The notes under the pieces were generated by a model. That model ran no database searches, was not told the origin of the DNA, and saw only the letters and a program-made list of their open reading frames with translations. A stretch of 64,000 nt of DNA from Centroscyllium fabricii. Its lineage: Eukaryota. The position numbers were made by a program, and so were the translations under genes. Below are positions 12,328 through 24,515 of this stretch, in pieces; the first letter of the stretch is position 1; each line of letters starts with the position of its first letter. The stretch spans positions 83,948,001 through 84,012,000 of the forward strand of contig JBNRSN020000017.1 in assembly GCA_051313645.2 (NCBI GenBank), given 5' to 3'.

Positions 12328-12535
12328 CTGGAACACTGAAATAACAACAGAAAATGCTGGAAAAACGCAGCAGGCCAGGCAACATCCGTGAAGAGAGAAA
12401 TATAGAGTTGACGTTTCGGGTAGGACCCTTTGTCAAGACCAAAGCCAGGAAATGAAAGAGGTGAGAAGGCCGGGGGAGCTGGGAGTGAACAAAAGGGAAG
12501 AGAAAACAAAAAAGAGAAAGCAAAAGAGAAAAGAC
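12328..12535 (-). mobile_element. Penelope-like element fragment, interrupted by the MITE at 12539 and resuming after 13428
   Basis: GAAATAACAACAGAAAATGCTGGAAAAACGCAGCAGGCCAGGC, as in the copies at 7765 and 49021. The 13880-14135 continuation resembles 49400-49480. Confidence 0.65.
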
Positions 12536-12538
12536 ATT

Positions 12539-13428
12539 GGGCCATGTTTTCCTGTGGCCCGTTTGCCGCTGGTGCGCGCACCCGCGGCGCACGCGCACGT
12601 GATTTTTTTTTTTTTTCCGACGGCAATTCCCTGTGGGAAATGCCGGTTTTTTTTCGTTCGGAGGGGACGTCTTTTTTTTGGTCCGGGGTGCAAGCCACGC
12701 CCACTGAGGTCGGCTTTACCCCCGAACGAACCACAGAATCGGCCTGCGGGATGAAGAATATCAGGTAGGGAAGCACCTTTTTTTTGTTTTTTTTCAGTTT
12801 CTAGGAAGCTGTTTTTTTTAAGTTTCTGCCTTTTCTGATAGGGTTTTTTTTTGCTCCAGTGAAAAAAACACGTTTAATGTTAATTTTTTTTTGATTCCTT
12901 TGGAGATATTTGTCTGTGGTCTTTCAGCTTGTGAATGGGTAGGGTTTTATATTTTTTAGTGAAAGTGAAAAAAAATCGGGATTTGAACGCGATGTCAGCA
13001 GCTGTGAGAGCCTCAGAGCTGCTGACATCGCGTTCAAATCCCGATTTTTTTTCACTTTCACTAAAAAATATAAAACCCTACCCATTCACAAGCTGAAAGA
13101 CCACAGACAAATATCTCCAAATGAATCAATTTTTTAAAAACTTTAAACGTGTTTTTTTCACTTCTCAAACCTGCCTGCAGCCCCGTAAGACTCCTTTTTA
13201 TATGTGCAGCAAAAGAGAGACTTCCCCACGTGATACACCCGTATTTTGAGCAGCTGACTACAGGAAATCATCAGTGCAAGGTCTTCCTGGGGAGGAAGCT
13301 GAAGCCCCTTGCCCATCAGCACAGGAAATTCACATTTCTGGTAATCACCCAAGCTGCACCCACACGAGGCATTTCTGACCCCCCTTCGTGGGGGTGCAGC
13401 TTTTCTGGAGCACAGGAAAACATGGCCC
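12539..13428. mobile_element. Non-autonomous Harbinger-type element with a central palindrome
   Basis: Perfect 18-bp TIR GGGCCATGTTTTCCTGTG, 3-bp TSD ATT on both sides, internal inverted repeat at 12859-13161. Confidence 0.88.
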
Positions 13429-13470
13429 ATTAAGAGGTTTTCAAAATAGTGATGGGGCTGGGGACAGGAG

Positions 13471-13880
13471 ACATAGAAACATAGAAACATAGAAGATAGG
13501 AGCAGGAGTAGGCCATTCGGCCCTTCGAGCCTGCTCCACCATTCAATGAGATCATGGCTGATCATCCAAACCCAGCACCCTGTCCCTGCCCTCTCCCCAT
13601 ATCCCTCGATCCCTATCGAGCCTGCACCGACACATATCCCACCCTATCCCCGTAACCCCACATATTCAATCCCCCTAACACGAAGGGTCAATTTATCATG
13701 GCCAATCAACCTAACCCGCACATCTTTGGACTGTGGGAGGAAACCGGAGCACCCGGAGGAAACCCACGCAGACACGGGGAGAATGTGCAAACTCCACACA
13801 GATAGTACCCGAGGCTGGATTTGAACCCGGGTCTCCAGTGCTGTAAGGCAACAGTGCTAACCACTATGCCACCGTGCCGA
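13471..13880 (-). mobile_element. HE1-like V-SINE
   Basis: Reverse-complement tRNA head, V-domain and CR1 tail with (CATAGAAA)n. Confidence 0.9.
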
Positions 13881-14711
13881 GACAGCTATAGATTAGGTGT
13901 GAAAAGCACTGGCAGAATGGGAGGCGGCTGCCATATGGGAGAGAGAGAAAAAAAAGAGAAGGGAGGCCAAATAAAAGGTGTGGATAAAAATAGGTAAAAA
14001 TATAATGGGGGCCAAAGTTATGACCTGAAATTGTTGAACTCGATATTGAGTCCAGAGGGCTGTAAAGTGCCTCAGTTTTTCCAGCATTTTCTGTTGTTAT
14101 TTCGGATTTCCAGCATCTGCAGTATTTTGCTATCATACAACTGTATCTGGAACACATTTGCCATCCACTTGTCGTTCTGATGGCTCATAATATCCAAGAG
14201 GATGTTGAGAACCCCTCTAATTTTCCCTCCTTTTCACGATGGGATACGTGTTTCCAAAGCCATCTTCACTTTGAAGTAGGGACTCACTTAAAGACATCCA
14301 CGGACAGAGGTTTACAAATGAATCCTCTGCTCCTTTCAGCTGCTGCCCTCTGGTACCTCAACAAAGTTTGAGCCAAATAGCAGGGAACAAGAGATAAACC
14401 TGGTAGTATCAGGGGCGAGGGAAATATTTCCTCAGTGCATTCGGTGTACAGAAATCGTAAACTCATTTGTTGTAAAAGGGTTTATGATTTTGCTACAACT
14501 ATTGCATGAAGGAACTCTCTTCACCACTTGCTGATGTTCCTTCACATGCACTTTCCGCAGCCTGACTTTAAAATCAGGTATATTAAAGTATACCGCTGTG
14601 AAATAATCAAAAAGCACATACTGCACAATAATCAGATCAATTTGTACAATATACTGGCTTATAAACGGGTTGCAAGGTAATGCTAATATCCTCTCTGCAT
14701 CAATTAACAAT

Positions 14712-15459
14712 GGGCCAGATTTCACTGTAGAGGGCATCTAACGGCATCTGCCATTAGTTAGACTTGCCTCTGCACTCCTTAGCTCAAAATATTTTTGCCC
14801 ACTAAGTTGTTGAAAGTGCACAGAGAGGGAAACAGGGCATCTGGAACCTGAGTGAGCCGGGCAACCAACAGGGTATCTCCTTAACCAATGAGATTTAAGG
14901 ATTGGGAAATAAACAGCAGAAGGACTGAGAAAGAGGATGAATTCAATGTCTAATCAGAGAACTGAAAAGAGGAGGAGAAAGATTGGATTAAGAGAGAGAG
15001 GAAAAGGCGACATAAAGGAAAAGTTAAAAAAAAGTATAAATTTAATGTTTTTAAAATTTCCTAAATCAACTCACAACCTGAAGGAATGAGACTCCACGCT
15101 TGTAACAGTAATTTTTTGGTGCCAGAGAGCTTGATTGGCAGTCATTAACACTTATCATGTCATTAAAAGGGTATTTAAGCTTGTAATTAATCGCCCTAAA
15201 TATCTGTGGCGGGTTTAGTTCATACCTATTGCGCAAATACAGCAACTTCATGACATTCAATGCAGGTCAGTGGTGAGGCAGATAGCGAGATGCCGTTTTC
15301 ACGAAGCTAACAGCGGAGTGGCGCAACTCGGACAGCAACGTTTGGGTATCCGGATTTAACCATGCATCTGCTCCTTGCCTGAAGTTGCCGTACCATTTAC
15401 GCATAAATAACGGAGAGCGGCATTAGCCTCACCATTACTTTGAGAGCAAGGTTTGGCCC
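14712..15459. mobile_element. Harbinger-type non-autonomous element
   Basis: Imperfect TIR GGGCCAGATTT ... GGTTTGGCCC; a related left end occurs at ~27630. Confidence 0.55.
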
Positions 15460-15510
15460 TACATCTTTCAATTCTATGACGTCGGAATATTTCATTCAGT
15501 TAGAATTATA

Positions 15511-16333
15511 GGGGTCAATTTTCCTCAAGGTGTGGAGAATTGGTGGGTTCCCCGCTGATCACTTTTTCTTCCCGCGTACTGAAGGGTATGGGAGCCCCAC
15601 GCAATTTTGGCTCAGTATGCCAATTAAATCGCTGTGTGTGGGAAGCCCCTGCCAATTGATTGATTTAAGATAGAAAGCCGGCGGGGTTCCCACTGTGTAA
15701 CCACCAGAGCCCATGATTGACAGCTTTAAATAGTCTGGTCTGTTTCTTACTGTTGTTTCAGTGCATTGTGATGTCACAATCCACTGTCAACAGAAGGTAA
15801 GTGCAAGTCGATGATTGACAGCTCTAAGTGGTTTGTTTCAATGGCAGGCTCCTGACAGCTAGGGAACGCCTATCTGTCAATCACTAGAAAGCAGCTGGAA
15901 GTTTTTGAAAGGTTCTTTCCCACTAATCTTGGTCACCCTAGGGAGACAGCTAGACCTCCAGCATGCTGGAGGCAAGGAAGCCATTCTGCTACAGGTGCTT
16001 CAATGCCTTGAAGGTGAAAGTCAGCAAACTGAATGTGTCCCTGCTAGGTTTCACCGGCGGGGTTTCCAGCTGGTGGGTTTTGCGTGGGAAAAGGCTGAAA
16101 ATTACAAGCGGCCTTTAAAATAGCATTATACGTGCCAATTAAGGGTCCCTAATGAGCTTAACAACCATCTCTGCCGATGCCGGGTGGGACTGAAGCTGGC
16201 CGATCGGACCCACTGTGCTAAAACTCACAAGCTGACGGGAAACCAGCGGGAGGGGTCGCGACCCCCCGTTTTTGTGATTTTCCCTCCCCGGCCACCGAAA
16301 AAGCTGCCTGTCGGCTCCAGGAAAATTGACCCC
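15511..16333. mobile_element. Harbinger-type non-autonomous element
   Basis: Perfect 15-bp TIR GGGGTCAATTTTCCT / AGGAAAATTGACCCC; related copy at 55237-55920. Confidence 0.8.
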
Positions 16334-17084
16334 ATGGTTACAGGACAGGAGGAGGCCATTTGGCCTGTCGAGGCATGTCGGCTCTCTGCAAGAGCACTTC
16401 AGCTAGTCCCAGTCCCCACGGATAGTGGGTATTTCTCATATCAATTCAGATAAAAACCAAATGGATTAGAAAATGTAATTGACTGTATCTACCTGGGTGC
16501 TATCAAACACAGAAATCCTTTTAATCTGATTATATAACCTTTGACTACCAGTATATTATTTTAAAAGAACTTGAAAATACAATCTTTTGCCCCACTGTTC
16601 TGTATCACACTTAAAGACGTTTTGACTTTCAAACCACAAACTATGTAACAGCTTTAAAACTGAATTTTGTGCAAATTTCTAAACTATAACACCACAAAGC
16701 TAATGACACTTCTTTCTTCATAGAACTGATGTTTTTTTTTAATGGATGCAAAGATATTGCTGCAGTCCTCAAAATGATTAATAGAATTCACAGGATGAGT
16801 ACAGATGAGAGCGGTCACTTCAACTATCTTAGCTCAGCTATCCATAATAAAAAAATTCCTGCACTTCTCTCCTCTTCACATTATCCAGTCGGCTCTTGAA
16901 TAATGCGAAGGCTTTTGCTTCCACTCCTCTGTCTGGGAGTCTATTCTAGGTGATGTTACACTTTATTCTTCCTGACCTCAGACCTAAATTCACCCTTCAG
17001 TGGTTTGAACCTATGCTCACGTGCTATTGTCTTAATTTACCTATGAGTAATCCTCCAGATTTTACTTTTTTATATTGGTTAGTA

Positions 17085-17573
17085 CAGGTTGAGCATCATT
17101 ATACCGGCACGGGTGGGACTAGGCCCGCGCCGGTAGAGCGAAAAAAACGGTAGAATGAAGCCGGCCAGTGCACATGCGCGTACCATTCAAAATGGCCGCG
17201 CGCATCCGTACAACATTGGAAATGGCCGCCGAACGTCCTTGCTGAGTCTCGGCTGTGGTTTGTGCCTCCTGATGACAGCCTGCAGGCTGCTCCGGGGAAC
17301 CGTGCGCTTCACCATTGCGGGCGCTCGGGACCCGCACATTCAAAACGCAGCGCGAGCTGTTGCACCCTGACATCACGGAAGGCCCGGCTTGTCCGGCAGC
17401 CATTTTGAATGATCTGTGCATGCGCTCGCCGTCTGGCGGCGAACGCGCAGATCATTTGCCAAAGCATCGATCACGGCGGCCATTTTGCGCATGCGCAGGG
17501 CAGTCGGGGCAATTTATGCCGGACGACTGAAGTTGCCGGCTTTTTGGTTACCGGATTACCGGTGCTCAACCTG
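17085..17573. mobile_element. Tc1/mariner (Tigger-like) MITE
   Basis: TA TSD on both sides, TIR CAGGTTGAGCA, CpG-rich interior. Confidence 0.85.
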
Positions 17574-17754
17574 TATCATACTCATCTGGAAGGTTCCCCC
17601 CTCAGCCACCATCCATCAGTGCTAAAGAGTCTCAGTTTCTCTAATCTATCCTTGCAGCTGAGGTCTATGGTGCTGGTTTACAGCTTTATATATCTTCTTT
17701 GCACCATCTGCAGGGCTTGAATGTTTCCATTGTGCCAGGTTGCACCAGGTAGAC

Positions 17755-18204
17755 ATAGAACTTGCATTTCTATAGCACCTTTCGCGACCTCAGATTGTCT
17801 CAAGTGGTTTACAGCCGATGAACTACTTTTGAAATGTAGTTATTGTTGGAAAGTAGGAAACGCAGCAGCCAATTTGCGCACACAACAGCAACGAGCTAAT
17901 GATCAGATAACCTGCCTTTTGAAGTTGGTTGAGGGACAAATATTGGCCAGGACACTGGGGAAAACTCCCCTGCTCTTTATCGAATAGAATGATGGAATCT
18001 CTTATGACCAGCTGAAAGAGCAGACAGGGCCTCAGTTTAACTCAGTCTCGTCTGAATGATGGCACCTCCAACAGTACACCACTACCTCCGTACTGCACTG
18101 AAATGTCAGCCTAAATCATGTGCTTAAATCTCTGGAGTAGAACTTGAACCCATGACCTTCTGGCTCAGAGGTGAGAGTGCTACCGTTGAGCCAAGACTGA
18201 CACC
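17755..18204 (-). mobile_element. DeuSINE (SacSINE1-like)
   Basis: Minus-strand tRNA head (GGCTCAACGGTAGCACTCTCACCTCTGAG...GGGTTCAAG), Deu-like core (GGGGAGTTTTCCCCAGTGTCCTGGCCAATAT) and L2-type tail (GCTATAGAAATGCAAGTT). A 3' fragment also lies at ~27190-27370. Confidence 0.75.
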
Positions 18205-18689
18205 TTGGGTACAACTGAACAGGGAGAAACAGATCCAGAGAGGAACTCGCCGTAACACCATCAAAGTGTATTTTCCCACCACTTTGGAAGAGTGTCTCAC
18301 CGTGTCTTCATGTCACATCAGCAGTGCTGTCTTATAGAAAACTGTATTCTATCCAGGTGATGAACAATAAAGGTATGCATTACATGGGAATCTACTGAAC
18401 TGGGGGCAGGGTGTGGGGTGAGGGTTAACGGCGGGGACTGATTGATGAACTCAGCCATAATATGTTGCCCATTATCATTTCTGCATGTGTCGTGAAACAT
18501 GGCACATGGGTAGGGGTAACAACTCGCAAATGGGCAGTGAATCCACGAGCTTTTGAAGGCACGGTGTGAACAGTGCAAACAGAGGCCTGTTCGCATAAAA
18601 CATAGACAGCTGATGACTGTAGCCAGTTCCAAATCACTGCTTAAACTAAAACAATTTCCAATCTGCACTATTTTTCTTGACTTGCCCAG

Positions 18690-19020
18690 GTCAGGTCAAT
18701 TCAAACACCATCTCACACACACATTCATGGGCAATTTTTAGTATCTCCAATTTACCTAAGCTGGGTGGTGGGAGGAAACCGGAGTACCCGGAGGAAACCC
18801 ACACGAACATGGGGAGAACATGCAAACTCCACGCAGAAAGGTCCCGGGCCAAGCAGGATTCGAACCCAGGAGCTCCTTATTGCGAGGCAGCAGTGCTAAC
18901 CACTGCGCCACCGTGTTGTCCACTTTTCTTTTAGAAGCAGGAGTAGGCCATTCGGCCCTTCGAGCCTGCTCCGCCATTTTTTGATGAGATCATGGCTGAT
19001 CATCCAAACCCAGCACCCAC
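18690..19020 (-). mobile_element. HE1-like V-SINE plus a second SINE/CR1 tail fragment
   Basis: Near-identical in reverse to 2134-2345; tail piece at 18932-19020. Confidence 0.85.
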
Positions 19021-19079
19021 CATCTCTGAGCATTCCACATAAGCGCACCTTACAATAGAAAGAGCTCCGAGCTATCTCA

Positions 19080-20650
19080 TAGAATCATACAGCACAGACG
19101 GATGCAGCCATTTGGTCCATCACTCCTGAGCCAGCTCTTTGAAAGAGCTCTCCAAATAGTCCTACTCCCCCGCTCTTTCCCCAGAGCCCTGCAAATTTAT
19201 CCTTTTCAAGTATTTATCCAATTCCCTTTTGAAACAAACTGCATTACGGTGTGGTATGGCAGCTGCTCCACCTCCGACAGGAAAGCCTTGCAGTGAGTAG
19301 TCAAAACTGCCCAATACATCACCGGCACCCAGCTACCTGCTATTCAAGACATCTACGAGAAGCGTTGCCTGTGGAAATCTCTCAGCATTACCAGGGTCCC
19401 CCCACTCACCCCAGCCACAGACTGTTTGCCCCCCTGCCATCTAGGAGGTGCTACAGATGTATTTGAGCCCGGACGACCAGGCTCAGGAACAGCTTCTTCC
19501 CTAGGGCTGTTATCCAGCTGAACTCTCCACTCAAAATTCAAAATTCAAATTCAAAATTCAAAAAAAAGCTTTATTGGCATGAATGGTATCAACCGTTGTT
19601 GCCAAAGCAGTGCAACATACATAAGAATATTACATTACACTCAACACCAAATCTGTCTACCATCGGCACCTCCACCCACACTTTCTGCATTAACAGCCCT
19701 TTTACCCCCCAGCACTTGCTCATCTACTCTTTGAAATGCTATTTGCACTCTTTTTTCATTTATCTATTTATTTATTATTTATCCATAACTCTGTATAATT
19801 TATAACTTAATGTCTGCTATGTCATGTCCTGGGAGCTTGTGAGCTCACTTTTCATTGCACTGTGATTATAGACTGTGCAAAGACAATAAAATTGAATTGA
19901 ATTGAATTGAATTGAATCAGGAAGATATCTGGTCCATGTATTGAAGGATAACCAAATTTTCTCTGCCAAACTTCCACATTTTTTGAAGTTATGTGTTATT
20001 TTACGGAGAGGATTGACGTAATGACCTAAAGCAGTGTGCAATGTTTACAATGCCATAAAGGATCTCAGAGATGGATGGGAAAGAAATAAAATTAGCAGGA
20101 AATGTGGAAAAAGCTAAAAGATGAAGAGAGACTGAGTGAAAAGTCATTATTTTATAAAAAGGAGCATGGGATATTTTACTTACCCAAGCAAATAACTCAT
20201 GCTAAAATAGCTTAGGTGCTACATTTCTTACATCAGTGTCCATTGCATTTAATAGAGCAAGCAATCAATTTAATGAGGGATGAGAGATAGAGAAAGGAAT
20301 GATGGCAAGGGAAAAAAGAACAAGAGAACGTGAGAAGCCAGCAAGGGTAAAACATTTGATGGCGCCCATTTTGGGGCGCTAACCTCGACGGTGCGGTGCA
20401 CCACTTTTGAATCTGCTTCCACCACCTTTTCCGGCTGTGTATTCTGGATCATAGCAACTTGCTGTGTAAAAAAATGTCCCCCATCTCTCCCCTGATTCTT
20501 TTGTCAATTATTGTAAATCTGTGTCCTCTGGATACCGACTCTGCCAGCTGAATCAGCTTCTCCCTATCAACTCTACCAAAACCCCTCATCATTTTGAACA
20601 CCTCCATTAAATCTCCTCTTAACCTTCTCTGCTCTAAGGAGAACATCGCC
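19080..20650 (-). mobile_element. CR1 LINE 3' fragment split by a 1.17-kb duplicated segment
   Basis: CR1 tail at 19080-19234. It resumes at 20410-20650 encoding FSLEQRRLRGDLMEVFKMMRGF. Confidence 0.8.
19236..20408 (+). repeat. Direct duplication of 21071-22137 (Rex1 3' end, unique flank and start of a MITE)
   Basis: The two segments are colinear with scattered substitutions. This copy has an extra ~110-bp insert at ~19535-19640 flanked by CACTCAA. Confidence 0.92.
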
Positions 20651-20974
20651 AGCTACAAAACTACACCTGAGAAATCCAATTCAGTATTTCTGGAAAAATA
20701 CAGAGATCATGATTTTGGATGTGGGTTCCCACAGCACTGTGGCAAAGAGAATTTTTATGTCGAGAGTCCTAGTGTAGCACCATCTGGTGTATGGGCTGAG
20801 CAACATGGTTAGCAAGCGTCAGTCATTGTCAGAGCGAAGTTCAGTATCGAAGGCTTTCCCAAGTAACATTTTTCTGTTTGGAAACACAACTTTGGAGCTC
20901 TCCCTGCTGGTATTTAAAAAAACAGATAGCTAAACAAGTGCTTTTCAATTCCTATCACAGGGGAGTCACTATCA

Positions 20975-21645
20975 GCAGAGCCTATACCTCCTGCGGAGGC
21001 TGAAGAAAGTTAACTTATCCTCCCAGCTTCTCTCCAACTGCTACCGCTGCACAATAGAAAGCAACCTGATGAACTGCATCACGGTGTGGTATGGAAGCTG
21101 CTCCCCCTCCGGCAGGAAAGCCTTTCAGCGAGTAGTCAAAACTGCCCAATACATCACCGGCACCCAGCTACCTGTTATTCAAGACATCTACGAGAAGCGT
21201 TGCCTGCGGAAATCTCTCAGCATCACCAGGGACCCCACGGACCCCACCCACCCCAGCCACAGACTGTTTGCCCCCCTGCCATCTAGGAGGCGCTACAGAT
21301 GTATTCGAGCCCGGATGACCAGGCTCAGGAACAGCTTCTTCCCTCGGGCTGTTATCCAGTTGAACTCTATCACTCAACACCAAATCTGTCTACCATCGGC
21401 ACCTCCACCCGCACTTCCTGCATTAACAGCCCTTTTGCTCCACAGCACTTGCTCATCTACTCTTTGAAATGCTATTTGCACTCTTTATTCATTTATCTAT
21501 TTATTTATTATTTATCCATAACTCTGTATAATTTATAACTTAATGTCTGTTATGTCATGTCCTGAGAGCTTGCGAGCTCACTTTTCATTGCACTATGCTT
21601 ATTGACTGTGCAAAGACAATAAAATTGAATTGAATTGAATTGAAT
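20975..21645 (+). mobile_element. Rex1/Babar LINE 3' fragment
   Basis: Encodes CITVWYGSCS...RLRNSFFPRAVIQLN with tail ACAATAAAA(TTGAA)n. Confidence 0.9.
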
Positions 21646-22072
21646 CAGGAAGATATCTGGTCCATGTCTTGGAGGATAACCAAATTTTCTCTGCCAAACT
21701 TCCAAATTTTTGGAAGTTATGTGTTATTTTAGGGAGAAGATTGACGTAATGACCTAAAGCGCTGTGCGATGTTTACAATGCCATAAAGGATCTCAGAGAT
21801 GGATGGGAAAGAAATAAAATTAGCAGGAAATGTGGAAAAAGCTAAAAGATGAAGAGAGACTGAGTGAAAAGTCATTATTTTATAAAAAGGAGCATGGGAT
21901 ATTTTACTTACCCAAGCAAATAACACATGCTAAAATAGCTTAGGTGCTACATTTATTACATCAGTGTCCATTGCATTTAATAGAGCAAGCAATCAATTTA
22001 ATGAGGGATGAGAGATAGAGAAAGGAATGATGGCAAGAGAAAAAAGAACAAGAGAACGTGAGAAGCCAGCAA

Positions 22073-22825
22073 GGGTAAAAAATTTGATGGCGCCCATTTT
22101 GGGGCGCTAACCTCGACGGTGCGGTGCACCACTTTTAGCGCCCGGCTAACGCTCGCGCTGCTCCTTGGGATATTCAGTTTTAGCACCTCAAGTAGGATGT
22201 CGGGCGCTACTGCAGGCGTCCGACCTCGTTCTTTAGGCGCAACAACTCAATTTCGGGCGCTGTGGGTCGCTGCGCCACCCAATCCTGAGTGCCACGCTGC
22301 GGTACTGCAGGCCTTCCTCCCCTGATTAAAGGGGAGTGGCCTAGCGCGGTTCCGGCCAGAGCCCCGTTGGGCCGCCGGGGATCGGAATGCTGCCGAAGGA
22401 GCCCGGCACTCGAGGGAAGTGCCGGGCTCACGCAGCACAGCCAGCACACCCCCGGGGGGGGGGGGGGGGGGACATCGGGGAAGGCCGGGGACGGCAGAGG
22501 GGGCAGGTGCTGGCAGTCGGCCAGCAAGAAAAATGGGCGCCCGGCACCCTTCCCTTCAATTATCACTCCCCCGCTGCAAGTACGTACCCCTGACCCTGTC
22601 GTGGACAGTGTCAGGCAGTACAGCAGTGGGCACGACTGAAGTTGGTGGCCGGGGCACGAGCGGGGCGCTGCGCTGCGCACGTTGATGACATCTTCGGTGC
22701 TACCGGCTACCGCCCCCACCAGCGCCCCACTGAATATTGCGGGAGGCACCAGCCCAGGCTTGCACCCCATTAGCAGCCATCTTAAGGCGCTAACGGGAGG
22801 CGCAAGCAACCAAATTTTTCAGCCC
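22073..22825. mobile_element. GC/CpG-rich Harbinger-type non-autonomous element
   Basis: Imperfect TIR GGGTAAAAAATTTG ... CAAATTTTTCAGCCC, with a sharp compositional boundary against AT-rich flanks. Confidence 0.65.
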
Positions 22826-22906
22826 AAGAGACAGAACGAGAGAATGAGAGAGAAAGAGCAAGTGACAAAGAGATAGAGCGGATAGTTTTCTTTTTGTTCT
22901 GAGCTA

Positions 22907-23220
22907 ACGTGGCATGGTGGCACAGTAGTTAGCACTGTTGCCTTACAGCGCTAGGGGCCGGGTTCAAATCCAGCCTCGGGTACTATCTGTGTGGAGTTTG
23001 CACATTCTCCCCGTGTCTGCGTGGGTTTCCTCCGGGTGCTCCGGTTTCCTCCCACAGTCCAAAGATGTGCGGGTTAGGTTGATTGGCCAGGATAAATTGA
23101 CCCTTAGTGTTAGGGGGATTAAATATGTGGGGTTACGGGGATAGGGTGGGATATGTGTCGGTGCAGGCTCGATGGGCCGAAATGGCCTCTATCTGCATTG
23201 TAGCATATGATTCTATGAAC
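22907..23220 (+). mobile_element. HE1-like V-SINE
   Basis: tRNA head, V-domain and CR1-type tail. Confidence 0.9.
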
Positions 23221-23321
23221 GCTCAATATTGCCCTGATTTGTTCTTGCATCAGACAATAGTGAGTGAGCAGAGGCACATATCTCCCATCTGTTATCATTT
23301 ATAAATTGTTCAAAACGACAT

Positions 23322-23497
23322 GGAGATCGATGTTGACTTTACGCGATAGTGTAAAACAGGTGATAGCAAATCGACAGCCCGTTTCACATCTCTCCCCATT
23401 GATTTCACTGGAGATAACAATCGGGAGAGATGTGAAACAGGCTGTCAACTCACTATCACTTGTTTCACACGATTGCACAAAGTCAACATCTACCCCG
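23322..23497. mobile_element. Hairpin (fold-back) MITE
   Basis: Imperfect arms of ~75 bp (GATGTTGACTTT...TTTCACATCTCTCCC and GGGAGAGATGTGAAA...AAAGTCAACATC) around a short loop. Confidence 0.75.
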
Positions 23498-23969
23498 TAA
23501 AGTTAAAAAAAAAATGTGTTCTATTTCTGATCAGAAAATACAGACTCATACTGAAAGTTGTTTGACAGCACAGTTACTGAAGCAATGAGAAAAATTCAAT
23601 TAACTTTCATTTCAACTTCTCAAAAAATAACTGTCTGTAAATTACAGATTTTGAAATGGAGATAACAATCTCATCTCAATTTACATTTAAGACAAGATTG
23701 TTTTTAATCAAAAAATTAATTTGGATTAAATTAGTTACATAAAATTCTATCTTTTTAAATAAATCAATGAATAATATCAGACAACTTCTTTTAAGATATT
23801 TAAATGTTCTGTCCTTCTAATGTCACTTTGGATGAGGGAATTTGCTTCATGCGATATTTGGTGATGACTGATATTTAAATTGAATTTGTTTTGATACTTC
23901 ATTATTCTAAATTGTTTTCTAATCATAATCATTCTCTTTACAGTTGCACAAATATAGAGTCTAGACTTG

Positions 23970-24515
23970 CCTAATCTAATGCACGCCTGGCCGCCGCCCA
24001 GGTTCGACCCGTCGTAAACTTGAGGTCATCCAAAACTCAGTTGCCTGTGTCCTAACTCGCACCAAGTCCTGTTCGCCCATCACCCATGTGCTCGCTGACC
24101 TACATTGGCTCCTGGTTAAGCAGCACCCCGATTTCAAAATTCTCATCTTTGTTTTCCAATCCCTCCATGTCCTCGCCCCTCCCTGTCTCTGTAATCTCCT
24201 CCAGCCCCACAACCCCGGAGAGATCTGTGCTCCTCTAATTCTGCCCTCTTGAGCATCCCTGATTATAATCACTCAACCATTGGTGGTAGTGCCTTCTGTT
24301 GCCTGGGCACTAAGCTCTGGAATTCCCTGCCTGGACCTCTCTGCCTCTCTCTCCTCCTTTAAGACGCTCCTTGAAACCTACCTCTTTGACCAAGCTTTTG
24401 GTCACCTGCCCTAATATTTCATGTGACTTGGCGTCAAATTTTGTTTGGTAACGCTCCTGTAATGAGCCTTGGGGTATTTTACTGCGCTAAAGGCGCTATA
24501 TAAATACAAGTTGTA
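23970..24515 (+). mobile_element. L2 LINE 3' fragment
   Basis: Encodes KLEVIQNSVACVLTRTKSCSPITHVLADLHWLLV; tail AAAGGCGCTATATAAATACAAG. Confidence 0.85.

Noticed and set aside
12255-12776. Several 90-170-aa ORFs on both strands
   Set aside because: They span a Penelope/MITE junction, are low-complexity and show no domain signal.
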